64,000 nt of DNA, taken from contig OZ024757.1 in the NCBI GenBank assembly GCA_964016885.1, positions 42,470,001 to 42,534,000 of the forward strand, written 5' to 3'. Origin of the DNA: Eledone cirrhosa. Its lineage: Eukaryota. Position 1 is the stretch's first letter. Each line of letters begins with the position of its first letter. Positions 16,001 through 30,715 of this stretch are shown here, in pieces. The notes below the pieces were generated by a model. It ran no database searches, was not told where the DNA came from, and was given only the letters and a program-made list of their open reading frames with translations. The translations under genes were made by a program, and so were the position numbers.

Positions 16001-16955
16001 ACTATACCACTGTAGTAGTTATATCAATACTATACCACTGTAGTAGTTATACCAATACTATACCACTGTAGTAGTTATACCAATACTATACCACTGTAGT
16101 AGTTATACCAATACTATACCACTGTAGTAGCTATACCAATATTATACCACTGTAGTAGTTATATCAATACTATACCACTGTAGTAGTTATACCAATACTA
16201 TACCACTGTAGTAGCTATACCAATACTATACCACTGTAGTAGTTATATCAATACTATACCACTGTAGTAGTTATATCAATACCATACCACTGTAATAGTT
16301 ATATCAATACTATACCACTGTAGTAGTTATACCAATACTATACCACTGTAGTAGTTATACCAATACTATACCACTGTAGTAGTTATATCAATACTATACC
16401 ACTGTAGTAGTTATACCAATACTATACCACTGTAGTAGTTATACCAATACTATACCACTGTAGTAGTTATACCAATACTATACCACTGTAGTAGTTATAC
16501 CAATACTATACCACTGTAGTAGTTATATCAATACTATACCACTGTAGTAGCTATACCAATACTATACCACTGTAGTAGTTATATCAATACCATACCACTG
16601 TAATAGTTATACCAATACTATACCACTGTAGTAGCTATACCAATACTATACCACTGTAGAAGCTATACCAATACTATACCACTGTAGTAGTTATACCAAT
16701 ACTATACCACTGTAGTAGTTATATCAATACTATACCACTGTAGAAGCTATACCAATACTATACCACTGTAGTAGCTATACCAATACTATACCACTGTAGT
16801 AGCTATACCAATACTATACCACTGTAGTAGTTATATCAATAATATACCACTGTAGTAGTTATACCAATACTATACAACTGTAGTAGCTATACTAATACTA
16901 TACCACTGTAGTAGTTATACCAATACTATACCACTGTAGTAGTTATATCAATACT
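13060..16955. repeat. 28-bp satellite (caatactataccactgtagtagttatac), about 140 copies
   Basis: Directly visible. Degenerate units resume at about 17737-17810 beyond the LINE. Confidence 0.97.
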
Positions 16956-16956
16956 C

Positions 16957-17735
16957 ATCTCATCACATCTGTCCTGTAGTCTGGTAGACTGTTAGGGCGC
17001 CACAGATGACCTGACAACCACCTCCTTTCATTCCTCTCACCTCTCCTCCCTCCTCATGGTTACCCCCAGCTTCATACCTGTCCATTCCGGGATGTTGTCC
17101 TCCCATCTCTTTCCCTGTCTGTCTTTCTTCCTCCCTCCTTGTACTCTTCCCTGCAGGACAATCTTGGCAAGCCCTGAAGATCTTGTCACGAGCCCATACC
17201 ATCTCAATTTGTATTGCTTTACAATGGTCAGCAGGTCTTCGTAGGGTCCAATGGCTTGCCAAGTTCTGTTTCACACTTCCTCATTGGAGATGTGGTCTCT
17301 GTAAGTTATGTGGTGATCACCCCTCTCTTTGAGATTAAAGAAATGGACTCGATGGACTATTATAAATAAGTAACGTGTCTCATTGTCAGGAGTTCGGTTG
17401 GAGTTTTGCTTGAAAGTCTCACATTTTGTAATCCGAAGTTATGCCTGAGATAAAACTGTTAGTGCCCCCCAATATCGTAGAAAATATAACCAGTTCAAAA
17501 AGGGTTCTAAACGAAGGTGATGCCAAGGAACTTTCTGAAGCACCTCATATCCATAGCCTGTTCTCTCCAGATCTGCTGTTATTGTCCAACACCCACAGAC
17601 ATACAAGAATATGGACATGACCAGAGAACGCATTAGTCTGATCTTTGAGTTGAGGGCTATGTTCTTGTCATTCCAGATGGCCTTAAGTTTTGTAAGTGTT
17701 GCTGTGATCTGGGAAAATCTGGCGAGTACCACTGC
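16957..17735 (-). mobile_element. Decayed RTE LINE 3' fragment at the edge of the 28-bp satellite
   Basis: KLKAIWNDKNIALNSKIRLMRSLVMSIFLY...YRDHISNEEV...LRWYG...KRWEDNIPEWTG, with stops. Interrupted by a ~200-bp insert. Confidence 0.85.
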
Positions 17736-17909
17736 AAATGCTATACCACTGTAGTGGTAATACCATTGGTATACCACTGTAGTTTATACCATTGGTATAC
17801 CACTAGAGTAGGTGTATCAAATATTGTCAGTGGTAGTATTACTACACTAATATATATTGCCAATAACTGTAGCTGTACCAGACTACCACAGTAACTAGGG
17901 CATGTACCT

Positions 17910-20320
17910 ACAACACACCACCTCGAGCAATACCACCACCAAAACACCACCACCACCACACCACCATCACCACCACCAGCAACCACACAAACCCCACCTC
18001 CAACCAGTGGTTATACACACACAACAACCACCACCACCACCACCAGCAACACACCATCACCACCACCACTACCACCACCAACACACCACCACCACCACCA
18101 CACCACCATCACCACCACCACCATCACAACATTACCACCACCATCACACCACCACCAACACACCACTACCATTACCACCACCACACACCACCACCTCAAC
18201 ACTACCACCACCACCACCACCAACACACTACCACCCACACAACACTACCACCACCAACACACCACCACCACCACCACCTCCAACACACCACCACCACCAT
18301 CACCACCACCACCACCATCACCACCACCATCACCACCACCACCAACAGTAACTTGACTACACTACACCGCTAACAGACACTAACTGACACCACACCACTG
18401 CCACCAACAGCAACCACACGACACCAACACAAACAGACACCACACCACCAACGGGTACCACACCACACCACCACAAACCGACACCACACCACACCACCAC
18501 ACCACACCACCACTAACAGAGACCACACCACACCACTAACAGACACCACACCACACCACTAACAGGTACCACACCACCACCAACAGACACCACACCACCA
18601 CAAACAGACACCACACCACACCACCACAAACAGACACCACACCACACCACCACTAACAGAGACCACACCACACCACTAACAGGTACCACACCACACCACA
18701 CCACCACCAACAGACACCACACCACACCACTAACAGGTACCACACCACACCACACCACCACCAACAGACACCACACCACACCACCACAAACAGACACCAC
18801 ACCACACCACTAACAGGTACCACACCACACCACCACAAACAGACACCACACCACACCACTAACAGGTACCACACCACACCACCACCAACAGACACCACAC
18901 CACACCACCACAAACAGACACCACACCACACCACTAACAGGTACCACACCACACCACCACCAACAGACACCACACCACACCACCACAAACAGACACCACA
19001 CCACACCACTAACAGGTACCACACCACACCACCACCAACAGACGCCACACCACACCACCACAAACAGACACCACACCACACCACTAACAGGTACCACACC
19101 ACACCACCACCAACAGACACCACACCACACCACCACAAACAGACACCACACCACACCACTAACAGGTACCACACCACACCACCACCAACAGACACCACAC
19201 CACACCACCACAAACAGACACCACACCACACCACTAACAGGTACCACACCACATCACCACCAACAGACACCACACCACACCACTAACAGGTACCACACCA
19301 CACCACACCACCACCAACAGACACCACACCACACCACTAACAGGTACCACACCACACCACACCACCACCAACAGACACCACACCACACCACCACAAACAG
19401 ACACCACACCACACCACTAACAGGTACCACACCACACCACCACAAACAGACACCACACCACACCACTAACAGGTACCACACCACACCACCACCAACAGAC
19501 ACCACACCACACCACCACAAACAGACACCACACCACACCACTAACAGGTACCACACCACACCACCACCAACAGACGCCACACCACACCACCACAAACAGA
19601 CACCACACCACACCACTAACAGGTACCACACCACACCACCACAAACAGACACCACACCACCACCAACAGACACCACACCACACCACCACAAACAGACACC
19701 ACACCACACCACTAACAGGTACCACACCACACCACCACAAACAGACACCACACCACACCACTAACAGGTACCACACCACACCACCACAAACAGACACCAC
19801 ACCACACCACTAACAGGTACCACACCACACCACCACCAACAGACACCACACCACTAACAGGTACCACACCACATCACCACCAACAGACACCACACCACAC
19901 CACCACAAACAGACACTACACCACACCACCACAAACAGACACCACACCACACCACCACAAACAGACACCACACCACACCACCACAAACAGACACTACACC
20001 ACACCACCACAAACAGACACCACACCACACCACCAACAGAGACCACACCACACCACCACAAACAGACACCACACCACACCACAGACACCACACCACACCA
20101 CCAACAGGTACCATACCACACCACCACAAACAGACACCACACCACAAACAGACACCCCACCACCAACAGGTACCACACCACACCAACACCAACAGACACT
20201 ACACCACAACACCAACAGACACCACACCACCACCAACAGGTACCACACCACTAACAGACCTTACACCACACCACCACCAACAGGTACGACACCATTAACA
20301 GACCCTACACCCCGCCACCA
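17910..20320. repeat. (CAC)n tract followed by CACCA-rich minisatellite (aacaggtacc / aacagacacc variants)
   Basis: Directly visible. Confidence 0.95.
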
Positions 20321-20512
20321 CCTTAGAGAGACTGTAGAGAAGGTACGACACCGTCAGAGGTTACACAACACTGATGGAACTATGAAAGACACGAAGCTAT
20401 GGAAGACTGCAAGCTCTGACACACCAAACGTTAGCCCTAGAAAATACTTCATAAGCCATCTTTTTATCGCTTCCTCTCTTTCTCTCGCCAACTTCGTTCG
20501 TTCATTCTTCGG

Positions 20513-20612
<100 letters not shown>

Positions 20613-20664
20613 AAGAGAGAGACGGACAGGCAGAGAGAGAGAGAGACAAACAGACAGACAGACA

Positions 20665-20699
<35 letters not shown>

Positions 20700-22286
20700 G
20701 AGAGAGACAGAGACAGAAGGGGGAGGGGGAGAGGAAAATGTGACGATGAAATATATTCGGTCACACTTTCTTTCTCTTTCTCTTTCGTTCGACAGACAGA
20801 CAGACACAGAGAGAGCGAGAGAGAGACAGACAGAGAGGGAAATGTGACGATGAAATATATTCGGTCACACTTTCTTTCTCTCTCTCTCTCTCTCTTTTAT
20901 TCTACAAGTTCGTTCATTCATTCAGTAGACAGACTTTAAGAATACGGTTAGAGGGTGATAGGGGTGACGAAGAAATATCTACGATCATCCTTTCTTTCTC
21001 TCTCTCTCGTTCTTCATTCATTCAGTAGACAGACAGACAGAAGAAGAGAGGAAAGTGTGACGAAGAAATATATTCGGTCACACTCTTTCTCTCTCGTTCT
21101 TCATTCATTCAGTAGACAGACATTAAGAATACGGTTAGACGATGGAAGGGGGTGATGAAGAAATATCTACGATCTCTCTCTCTCTCTCTCTTCAAGTTCG
21201 TTCATTCATCAGACAGAAATTAAGAAGACAGTTAAACAAGAAGGGATGACGAAGAAATATATATACTGACACCTGCTTCTTTCTTTCTCTCTGTCTCTCT
21301 TTCTTCAAGTTCATTCATTCATTGTACGGTTAGACAGAGGAAAGGGTGGCGAAGAGATATATACTGACACCCGCCAACACCCGATACCCCGCCACAATTC
21401 GACAAATAGAACAATGAAAAGAAAAAAAAAGGGTCTTTTTTAGTTTTTAACGGTAAAGGCATTAATTATGAATGGGGAAACGAGAGGGGAAAGGAAAGAA
21501 ACGAAGCGATGGAGGGAGAGATGGAGATGATATTCCGTTTAGAAGTTGTCCTCTAAAGAAAGACAGACAGGTAGAGATGTGAGGGGAGATCGGAGGAGAG
21601 ATGTGAGAAGAGATGATATTCCGTGTGAGGAGAGATGTGATGTGATGTGAGATGTGAGAGGAGAGGTGTGATGAGAGATCTGAAGAGAGATGTGATGTGA
21701 GATGTGAGAAGAGATGATATTCCGTGTGGGGAGAGAGGTGAGATCTGAGGAGAGAGGTGTGATGAGATATCTGAGGAGAGATGCGATGTGATGTGAGATG
21801 TGAGGGGGAGAGATGGATGCAGCACCATGTAGCATGAGCAACAACGAGCATCGAACATGCTACAACTCGTTCTCGCCTCTCAAACGATGAATATTAGACG
21901 AAAGACTACATTAAACCACCTCCTTTCCACTCTCGTTTCGTTATACACCACAAATATAATATAATAAAACAACCAACATATCCCCTACTACCCTTCTATA
22001 TATAAATATATATACATGTATATATAATATATAATTAATGCATGTACGGTTTGTTGTTGGAGAGGTGGGGTAGAAAATCATCTTCTTTTAGAAGGGTAAT
22101 TTTTTCCCCCTCGTACGGTCGGGAATATATACAGGGTGTGCCAAAAAATGTATACACATATTTATTATAATGCGGTTGAAGTATGTATACATTTTTGTGT
22201 ATATATACATATATATATAAATAGTATATTCATACATCTATATGTATACATGTATATATACATATATTCATAGATCGATATGTATA

Positions 22287-22378
<92 letters not shown>

Positions 22379-22517
22379 TGTGTGTATATATATATGTGTG
22401 TGCATGTGTGTGTGTATATGTAAATATATTCATACATCGATATATATGTAATTATGTATATAGGAGTATATACATATATACTGTAGATAAATGCTGTTTG
22501 ATTGCGTTTTTCCTTAC

Positions 22518-22615
22518 CTTAGGCCATTGAAAAGCTGTTTAGATTTCTCTAGTAAATGACAGAATTCATTTACAACCTTTTTCTCATTCTCATCCATTGT
22601 CATATCTAGCGACAT
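22518..22615 (-). CDS. SCAI: SCAI (suppressor of cancer cell invasion) homolog, first coding exon
   Basis: Minus strand reads MSLDMTMDENEKKVVNEFCHLLEKSKQLFNGL(R) then a GTAAGG donor. This matches the conserved SCAI N-terminus (human ...ERKTVTDFCYLLDKSKQLFNGLR). In-frame stop upstream. Not in the ORF track. Next exon (DLPQYG...) not found in the window. Confidence 0.9.
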
Positions 22616-23083
22616 GTTGTCAAAGTCGACAATTGCTACGCCATAATCTCTTACAAGTAAAGGGAGCACTTCCAGATCAGCAGACAATCAACGATGACCA
22701 TTACGGATGGCGCAACGCGCAATAAAGAGCAGCAGTATCAGTATTACGGTTTTACGGTTTTACTACAGTAGTAGTAGTAATATTGGTAATACTGTTGGTA
22801 GTATTATTGGTATTTGTAGTATTAGTAAAGCAACAAGAAAGTAAGCAAGGCAGGATGGAAGGAAAAAAGAAGGAAGAAGGAAGGTTTTTGGGGAGAACGA
22901 TGACGACGGAGAGATTGTGTGTGTGTGTTTGTCTGTGTGTGTGCGTGTGTAATATATATATGTGTGTATGTGTCTATATATTTATATGTATATAAGTATG
23001 TGTATATGTGTCTGTCTGCGTGTGTGTAGTATATCTGTATATGTATGTATATCTGTGCCTGTCTCTCTGTGTGTGCTTACGTA

Positions 23084-23146
<63 letters not shown>

Positions 23147-23342
23147 ATTGTGATTATGTGTGTGTGCGTGTGCGTGCTATCTGTGTGTGCATGTAGCTGT
23201 ATATGTTTCTGTCTCTATATATATATGTGTGTGTGTATGCATATATTTTATCTGTGTGCATATATCTGTATATGTGTCTGTGTGTGTGTGCACATATATA
23301 TTTATGTATATATATCTATTTATATGTGTGTGTGTGTATGTA

Positions 23343-23384
<42 letters not shown>

Positions 23385-23505
23385 ACAGTGGTGGAGGTAA
23401 GAGATGGAAAGTGAGAGGAAGGAGGGGAGTATGTGTGCCAAAGTGAAAGTGAAAGCTAGAGGTGTAGGAAGGAGAGGTGAGGAGAGAGAGTGAGTGAGAG
23501 TAGAG

Positions 23506-23541
<36 letters not shown>

Positions 23542-23651
23542 AGAGTAACGAACAGAGAGGGGGAGATAGAGAGAGAGTAAAGAACAGGGAGAGAGAGAGA
23601 GTAAAAGAAGTACCAGAGAGAGATGATAGATTGATTAAACACACACACATA

Positions 23652-23729
23652 CAGGGTGCCCCTAAAAATGTATACACACTTTGATTACAATGCTGTTGAA
23701 GTGTGTATATATTTTTGGGGAACACCCTG
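23652..23729. mobile_element. 78-bp Tc1/mariner-type MITE
   Basis: TA|cagggtgcccctaaaaatgtatacacactt...aagtgtgtatatatttttggggaacaccctg|TA. Related copies at about 9226-9290, 22132-22197 and 44902-44995. Confidence 0.8.
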
Positions 23730-23740
23730 TATACACACAC

Positions 23741-23849
<109 letters not shown>

Positions 23850-25008
23850 TAAAACTGTAAAGAGGGAAATGTTGATTGTTTTTTTTGGGGGGGGGGGTTA
23901 TTTTAATATTTTTTTATTTTTATTTTTATTTTTATTTTTATTACTAAACTGATAAGGGGTAAATAGTAAGAGAGGGGGTGAGGAGGAAGGGGGGTAGTAG
24001 TATAGAGTGAGGGAGTAGGAGGGGCAAGAGAGAGAGGAAGTGACTACTATAGAAGGAGTAAGGGAGTGAGAGGGGGAAGTGGAGAGAAAGACTACTGTAA
24101 GAGTGAGGGGGTGAGGTGGAGGAAGGGGGAGAGAAAGAAGAGAGAGAAAGACTACTATTGAAAGAGTGAGAGAGTGTGAGGAGAAGGATGAGTGATGACT
24201 GAGGAGGGGGGAGTGCGGGGGAGGATGTTGGGGTGGAAGGTGTGTCGGGGGGAGGGTGAAATCGAAGACTACTATTATGTATTACAGTTAGGTGGTGGTG
24301 GTGGTGGTGGCGGTGGCGACGGTGGTGGTGGTTTTCATGCTACTGAGGATGTTGGTGATGATGATGTTGGTAGTGTTGGTGTTGTTGGTGATGCTGCTGC
24401 TGGGGGTTAGTGTTAGTATTGATGTTGATGGTATTGGTGATGGTGGAGTTGATGTTGATGATGTTGATGATGGTGGTTGTGGTGTTATACAATAAGCTAT
24501 GTTGGTGTGTGAAGAACTGTAGAGCTGGAGTGTGTGAAGGAGAGAGAGAGGGGGGTATATATAGAAAGAGAGAGGTGGTAGAGAGAGAGGTATATATATA
24601 GAAAGAGAGAGGTGGTAGAGAGAGAGGTATATATAAAGAGAGAGGTGGTAGAGAGAGAGGTATATATAAAGAGAGAGGTGGTATTGGTAAAGGAAGAGAT
24701 TTCTCCAGAAATGTGTGGGTGGTAATGTTGAAACATGGCTCTTAGCAGTAACAAACGAATTCATTGACAAACAAATTAATAAAAATCATTGGTCTTTTGT
24801 TGTTATTGCTGCTGTTGTTGTTGTGGTGGTGGTGGTGTTGGTGGTGTTGTTGTTGTGGTGTTGTTGTTGTTGGTGGTGGTGGTATAGTAGTGTTGGTGGT
24901 GATGCTGGTAGTGGTGGTAGTAGTAGTAATGGTGGTGGTGGTGTTGTTGTGGTGGTGGTGGTGGTGGTGGTGGTGGTGGTGGTGTGGTGGTAGTAGTAGT
25001 AACGGTGG

Positions 25009-25041
<33 letters not shown>

Positions 25042-25309
25042 AGACTTCTTTAAATCAATCCTCAATACATTACTGGTACTTATTTCAAATAATTATTTCT
25101 CATTAAGGCAGAAGGCCTGCAATATGTTTTAAGACGAGGGAAGGAAGGGTTCAGTCAACTTAAACTGACCCCAATATTGGACTAATCCCTTATTTTATCA
25201 ATCATGGAATGATGAAGGGCAAAGATGACCTTGGTGGAATGTAGAGAACCAGGATAAACCCTGCAAAGTATTTCTTCTGTTGCTCTACCGATTCTGCCAA
25301 ACAACTAAT

Positions 25310-25710
25310 AATTGTTTCTACGTTTGGCACAAGGCCACCAATTACCCAGTGCATTACTGGTACTTTATTTTATCGACCCCGTAAGGATGAAAGGCAAAGT
25401 TAACCATGGCGGGATTTGAACTCAGACCATAAAGGGCCGTAACTCTATGCGGCAAAGCATGACGTCCGACCCTCTACCGAAACTGCCAATCCAAACTAAT
25501 AATGGTTTCTACTATAGGCACAAGGCCAGAAATGGGGGAGGTGATTAAATCGACCCAGTACATTACTGGTACTTCATTTTATCGAACCCTGTAAGGATGA
25601 AAGGCAAAGTTAACCTCGGCGGGATTTGAACTCAGAACGTAAAGGGACATAACTCTATGCTGCAAAAAACATTGTCCAATGCTCTATCGATTCTACTGCC
25701 AATCCACCAC
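25310..25710 (-). mobile_element. Two tandem copies of SINE family 1
   Basis: Reverse complements of 4311-4500 at about 25310-25495 and 25500-25710. An older copy lies at about 25070-25290. Confidence 0.85.
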
Positions 25711-25756
25711 CCTAACAATAATAATTATTATTATTATTTCTTTAAACAATGTCTCT

Positions 25757-26098
25757 GTTACAACAAATAACAACAACAATGTTGTAATAACAACAACAAC
25801 AATGTTGTAATAACAAATAACAAATAACAACAACAATGTTGTAATAACAAATAACAAATAACAACAACAATGTTGTAATAACAACAACAAATAACAACAA
25901 CAATGTTGTAATAACAACAACAAATAACAACAACAATGTTGTAATAACAACAACAAATAACAACAACAATGTTGTAATAACAAATAACAATAACAATGTT
26001 GTAATAACAACAACAAATAACAACAACAATGTTGTAATAACAACAACAAATAACAACAACAATGTTGTAATAACAACAACAAATAACAACAACAATGT
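25757..26098. repeat. ~33-bp (AAC)-rich minisatellite
   Basis: ataacaacaacaatgttgtaataacaacaacaa units. Confidence 0.9.
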
Positions 26099-26568
26099 TT
26101 TGTTTGATGAAGAAAACTTTTGTAAAAAAAATGAAAGAAGCTGACAAAATATTTATGAAACAACAATGAGAAAACTAATTATCTTGTATTATGATCAATA
26201 GGTGTGTAACTGTACACAGTAGATGTGTATAACTACACTCCTATTGTGTAAAACTACACATCCATTGTATATGACTACACACCTACTGTGTACAACTACA
26301 CACCTGTTGTGTATACCTATGCATCTATTGTGTATAACTACAATAGATGTGTAGTTATACACAACAGGAGTGTAGATATACACAGTAGGTGTTTTATAAT
26401 AGGTGTGTAGCTATACACAGTAGATGTGTAGTTATACACAGCAGGAGTGTAGTTATACACAGTAGATTGTACCCTAGCTATCAATAAGTACCACCAAATC
26501 ATCTGGTGAATGCTTACGGTGAGAGACTAGTGACATATCCAGGTGGAGAAGTATTCGACATCGAGACA

Positions 26569-26768
26569 NNNNNNNNNNNNNNNNNNNNNNNNNNNNNNNN
26601 NNNNNNNNNNNNNNNNNNNNNNNNNNNNNNNNNNNNNNNNNNNNNNNNNNNNNNNNNNNNNNNNNNNNNNNNNNNNNNNNNNNNNNNNNNNNNNNNNNNN
26701 NNNNNNNNNNNNNNNNNNNNNNNNNNNNNNNNNNNNNNNNNNNNNNNNNNNNNNNNNNNNNNNNNNNN
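26569..26768. other. Assembly gap (200 N)
   Basis: Run of n. Linkage of the left and right parts is scaffold-inferred. Confidence 1.
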
Positions 26769-29139
26769 AGAATGTACTGGGTGATTGTTTATCGTGTAAA
26801 TCACCAACACTAGAGAGGTTATGTCTATGACCCTTTATTTTGAAAGTTTTCTATGACATGATCTTCCTGTCACCACTTTACAGAGTGTACTGGGTGTATT
26901 TCTTGTGTAAATTACCAACACTAGGGAGGATGTCATGTCTGACATAGCTGAAGAATTCTCTGGAGTTTTCTAGGGTCTTATACCCTTCCATTTGCTAATG
27001 ACTTTACAGTGTCCTGGGTGCGTTTACCATATAGTTTACCAACATTTGAGAGATACATTATTTACAACAGCAGCGATGTTTATTCTGTTTTGCTGTCTCT
27101 TGAGAAATCTTGTATGTATAATGTTGGTAGTGAATGGATTTTTGTCAAAGCAAATATTTTACATTGACTTTCATCCACTCAACATAGCATTGGGAAGGGG
27201 CTGGTATGACTACGGGTTTTTATTTAAGGTTTTATTAGCTCTGAGGGTTGTAAAACTCAGATACACAGACACATAGATTGTAAAACCTCAGACACACCCA
27301 TATATATATATATATATACATACATACATACTTACAAACAAAGGTTGTAAATATCACAGACATACGCAAACAAATAAATATAATATATACATAGACACAC
27401 AGGCTGTAAAAAGAGACATATATACAAACAAGGATAAATGTAATATATATATGCACACAGTGTAGAAAGTGAGACATACATACAAACAAGGATTGTAAAA
27501 GCTCAGATATATTTACATACATACAAAGATTGTAAGTCACAGGCATATATATATAAACACAAAACATACACAGTATACATATCGCAACCAGATACAGCCA
27601 AACTTTGAAGTCGCTCTTTTAACCCTTTAGTATTTACATTACTCTATATTTACTATTGTATTTTCCTGGCGAAGGCTTTACCTCACATAATATTGAATCT
27701 GAGATTTTGATATTATTTATTTTGAGAACAATACCTTACCATCAGTATGAGTGGCCAGTTACAACAGAAAGAGTTGAGATAATTCAGACAAGTTGCCTTC
27801 ATAAAAGCAGGTGTAAAAGGGTGATTAATATTGATAAAGTTGAAAGAAAACTATATTTTGTTTGGTAATCAATGGCAGCTTATACTACCGAGCTGAAATT
27901 TGGGAGAGTTTCAGGTTTGAGTGAAGATTTATATAACAAAGTTGTAAAGAGCTAGAACTGAAGTAATATGAAATAAAGTGTCTTGCTCAAGGACACAATG
28001 AGCTGCCAGGAATCACAGCTAAATAGATTGGAGCTGCATGAAATAGAGTATTTTGCTCAAGGACATAATTAATGAGCTGCCAGAGATCACAGCTAAATAG
28101 ACTGGAATAATATTAAATAAAGTGTCTTGCTCAAGGACATCACAAACTGTCAATAATTGCAGCTGAGTGAACTGGAACAATATCAAATAAAGTGTCTTGC
28201 TTAAGGAGACAATGAGCTGCTGGAAATCATCAAACTTGCAACCATACAATCATCAGCCAAACATCCTGACCACTAAACCCATGCTACACACCTTCATGCA
28301 AGTCAGGATATATAATACATAATCTTGTTGGACAGTCCTGTTTAAACAAACCTTATGTATACAACAACCACTTATCATCAACTAAGCAACGTTGTTGCCA
28401 CTGGTAAAACCTCTCACAGCTTTGATATATATATATATATATTATAATATATAAGTTGTAGCTACAATATAGCAGCTTCTAATTGAGTTGAGGCAGTCGC
28501 AGAGCACTCTCTCTATACATGTACATATATATATAAGAAAATGATTTTTTTTTTTTAAATGGAAAAAAAAACGAGATGTCCTACACGAGTGAAAGTATAA
28601 GGAAAAAAGATAAAATTAAAAATGCAACTGGAGTCTTTTTAAGAATATTTATTTGTTTCCTTTACCAGTTTCACAGTTTCAAAAGTAGAATTGAGATGGA
28701 GGGTTTGTGATATATATATATATATTTATATACACACATATTTATATATACTATATATATTAGTTAAGTGTGTAGCAACAGTTACAGGCGACGCACCATT
28801 TGACACAATCAATGCTGGTACGAGGTCTGTTTCATTTGGGTTGTATTCCAGTGTTGCTGTAGTGTTTAGTGTAAATAGATTTAAGAGATGAAGTCAGTGT
28901 TGCAGCATATGTACAAACTTTATTTGCATATTACAATTGTTTTGCTATTGATTAGCTCGGTACAATGAAGGTGACAGGGCCCAACTATTTTTGTATGTGC
29001 AAGGACACACCTAAACATTCCATGAGGCAGCCAAAGTGCTCCAATGAACTCGGTCAGTTATATCTATCAATACATCCCATGTATTGAGACACATGAGGCA
29101 GCCAAAGTGCTCCAATGACCATGGTCAGTTACATCTATA

Positions 29140-29450
29140 AATACATTGTTCCAACTTTTGTTGACAGGTTTCAGATCTCTGTCAATTGTCTGTTGCCTGG
29201 CAATTCATCTTGGGATGCCCTCTTCATCTCTTTCCATGGGTTGTACCAATAGAAGACCTGATTAGCATGTCCCTCACTTGGAAGTCATGTGACATGTCCC
29301 AACCAGCCAACTTGACACTTGCACATGATGTTAGACACACGGTGAGTTCGTTGATAGACTTCTTTGTTGGTGATCAAGTCCTCCCACCTGATGCCAAGGA
29401 TTTTCTGTAGGCATTTGGTGGCAAAAGCCTCTAATTGGTTCCATATTTAG
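29140..29450 (-). mobile_element. Old RTE LINE fragment just downstream of ZNF gene A
   Basis: LEAFATKCLQKILGIRWEDLITNKEV...WLGHV, with stops. Confidence 0.75.
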
Positions 29451-29467
29451 CATAATATAAATAGATA

Positions 29468-30715
29468 TCACTTATGGACACACTTATGTTTAGATAGCTG
29501 ACTACTTGCATGAAAAGATTTACTGCAGATATCACAATGATATGGTTTCTCTCCCGTATGAATACGTCTGTGAATTGTTAAAGCATTTCCATAAGAGAAT
29601 GATTTGCCACAAATATCACAGCGATATGGTTTCTCTCCTGTATGAATACGTTTGTGTTTAGTTAAAGTATTTCCATGACAGAATGATTTACCACAAATCT
29701 CACAGTGATATGGTTTCTCTCCTGTATGGATACGTTTGTGATTACTTAAGGTAATTATCTGAGAGAATGATTTACCACAGACATCACAATGATGTGGTTT
29801 CTCTCCAGTATGAATAAGTTTGTGAGTAGTTAAGTGGTGACTCCTAGAAAAGGATTTACCACAGATATCACAATGATGTGGCTTCTCTCCGGTATGACTA
29901 CGTTTGTGTTTTGTTAAGGTATTTCCATGAGAAAAAGATTTACCACAGATATCGCAGTGAAAAGGTTTCTCTCCTGTATGAATACGTTTGTGAGTAGTTA
30001 AGTGACATTGTATGTAGAATGATTTACCACAGATATTACAAAGAAAAGGCTTCTCTCCTGTGTGAATGCGTTTGTGAGTAGTTAAGTGACCTTGTGTGGA
30101 GAATGATTTACCACAGATATCACAGTGATATGGTTTCTCTCCTGTATGGATACGTTTGTGTTGAGTTAAGGCGCAACGTACAGAAAATGATTTACCACAG
30201 ATGTCACACTGATATGGTTTCTCTCCTGTATGGATACGTTTGTGAGCAGTTAATGTAATTGTTTGAGAGAAGGACTGACCACAGATATCACAGTGATGTG
30301 GTTTCTCTCCTGTATGAACAAGTTTGTGGGTAGTTAAGTAATGACTCCTCGAGAAAGACTGACCACAGATATCACAGTGATGTGGCTTCTCTCCTGTATG
30401 AATACGTTTGTGAAAGGTCAGAAAAGCATTTTGGGAAAAAGATTTACCACAAGTATCACAATCATAGGGTTTCTCTCCTGTGTGAATACGTTTGTGAGTT
30501 TTTAAGTTAGGTTTTTGAGAGAATGATTTACCACAGACATCACAGCAGTATGGCCTCTCTCCTGTATGAATACGACTGTGAGTTTTTAAATTACCTTTCT
30601 GAGAGAATGATTTACCACAGACATCACAGTGGTATAAAGTAGTTCCCTTCTCTTTCTTTATATCAGGTAAATCAATCTTTTCACATTTAATTTTCTCACA
30701 TAAATCCTTTTCCAT
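29468..30715 (-). CDS. C2H2 zinc-finger protein A, 14 tandem fingers, single coding exon
   Basis: 415-aa ORF: short MEKDLCEK leader plus 14 CxxC...HxxxH fingers with TGEKP linkers. Splice acceptor (tttcttattatttcag-like) at 31020-31021, upstream of a ~300-nt UTR. Confidence 0.95.
   Translation of the reverse strand: MEKDLCEKIKCEKIDLPDIKKEKGTTLYHCDVCGKSFSQKGNLKTHSRIHTGERPYCCDVCGKSFSQKPNLKTHKRIHTGEKPYDCDTCGKSFSQNAFLTFHKRIHTGEKPHHCDICGQSFSRSHYLTTHKLVHTGEKPHHCDICGQSFSQTITLTAHKRIHTGEKPYQCDICGKSFSVRCALTQHKRIHTGEKPYHCDICGKSFSTQGHLTTHKRIHTGEKPFLCNICGKSFYIQCHLTTHKRIHTGEKPFHCDICGKSFSHGNTLTKHKRSHTGEKPHHCDICGKSFSRSHHLTTHKLIHTGEKPHHCDVCGKSFSQIITLSNHKRIHTGEKPYHCEICGKSFCHGNTLTKHKRIHTGEKPYRCDICGKSFSYGNALTIHRRIHTGEKPYHCDICSKSFHASSQLSKHKCVHK

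Noticed and set aside
18513-20251. W/C/V/G-rich repetitive ORFs
   Set aside because: Translations of the CACCA minisatellite, open in several frames.
20388-20410. DTKLWK resembling SCAI YTKLWK
   Set aside because: Wrong strand and no flanking similarity.
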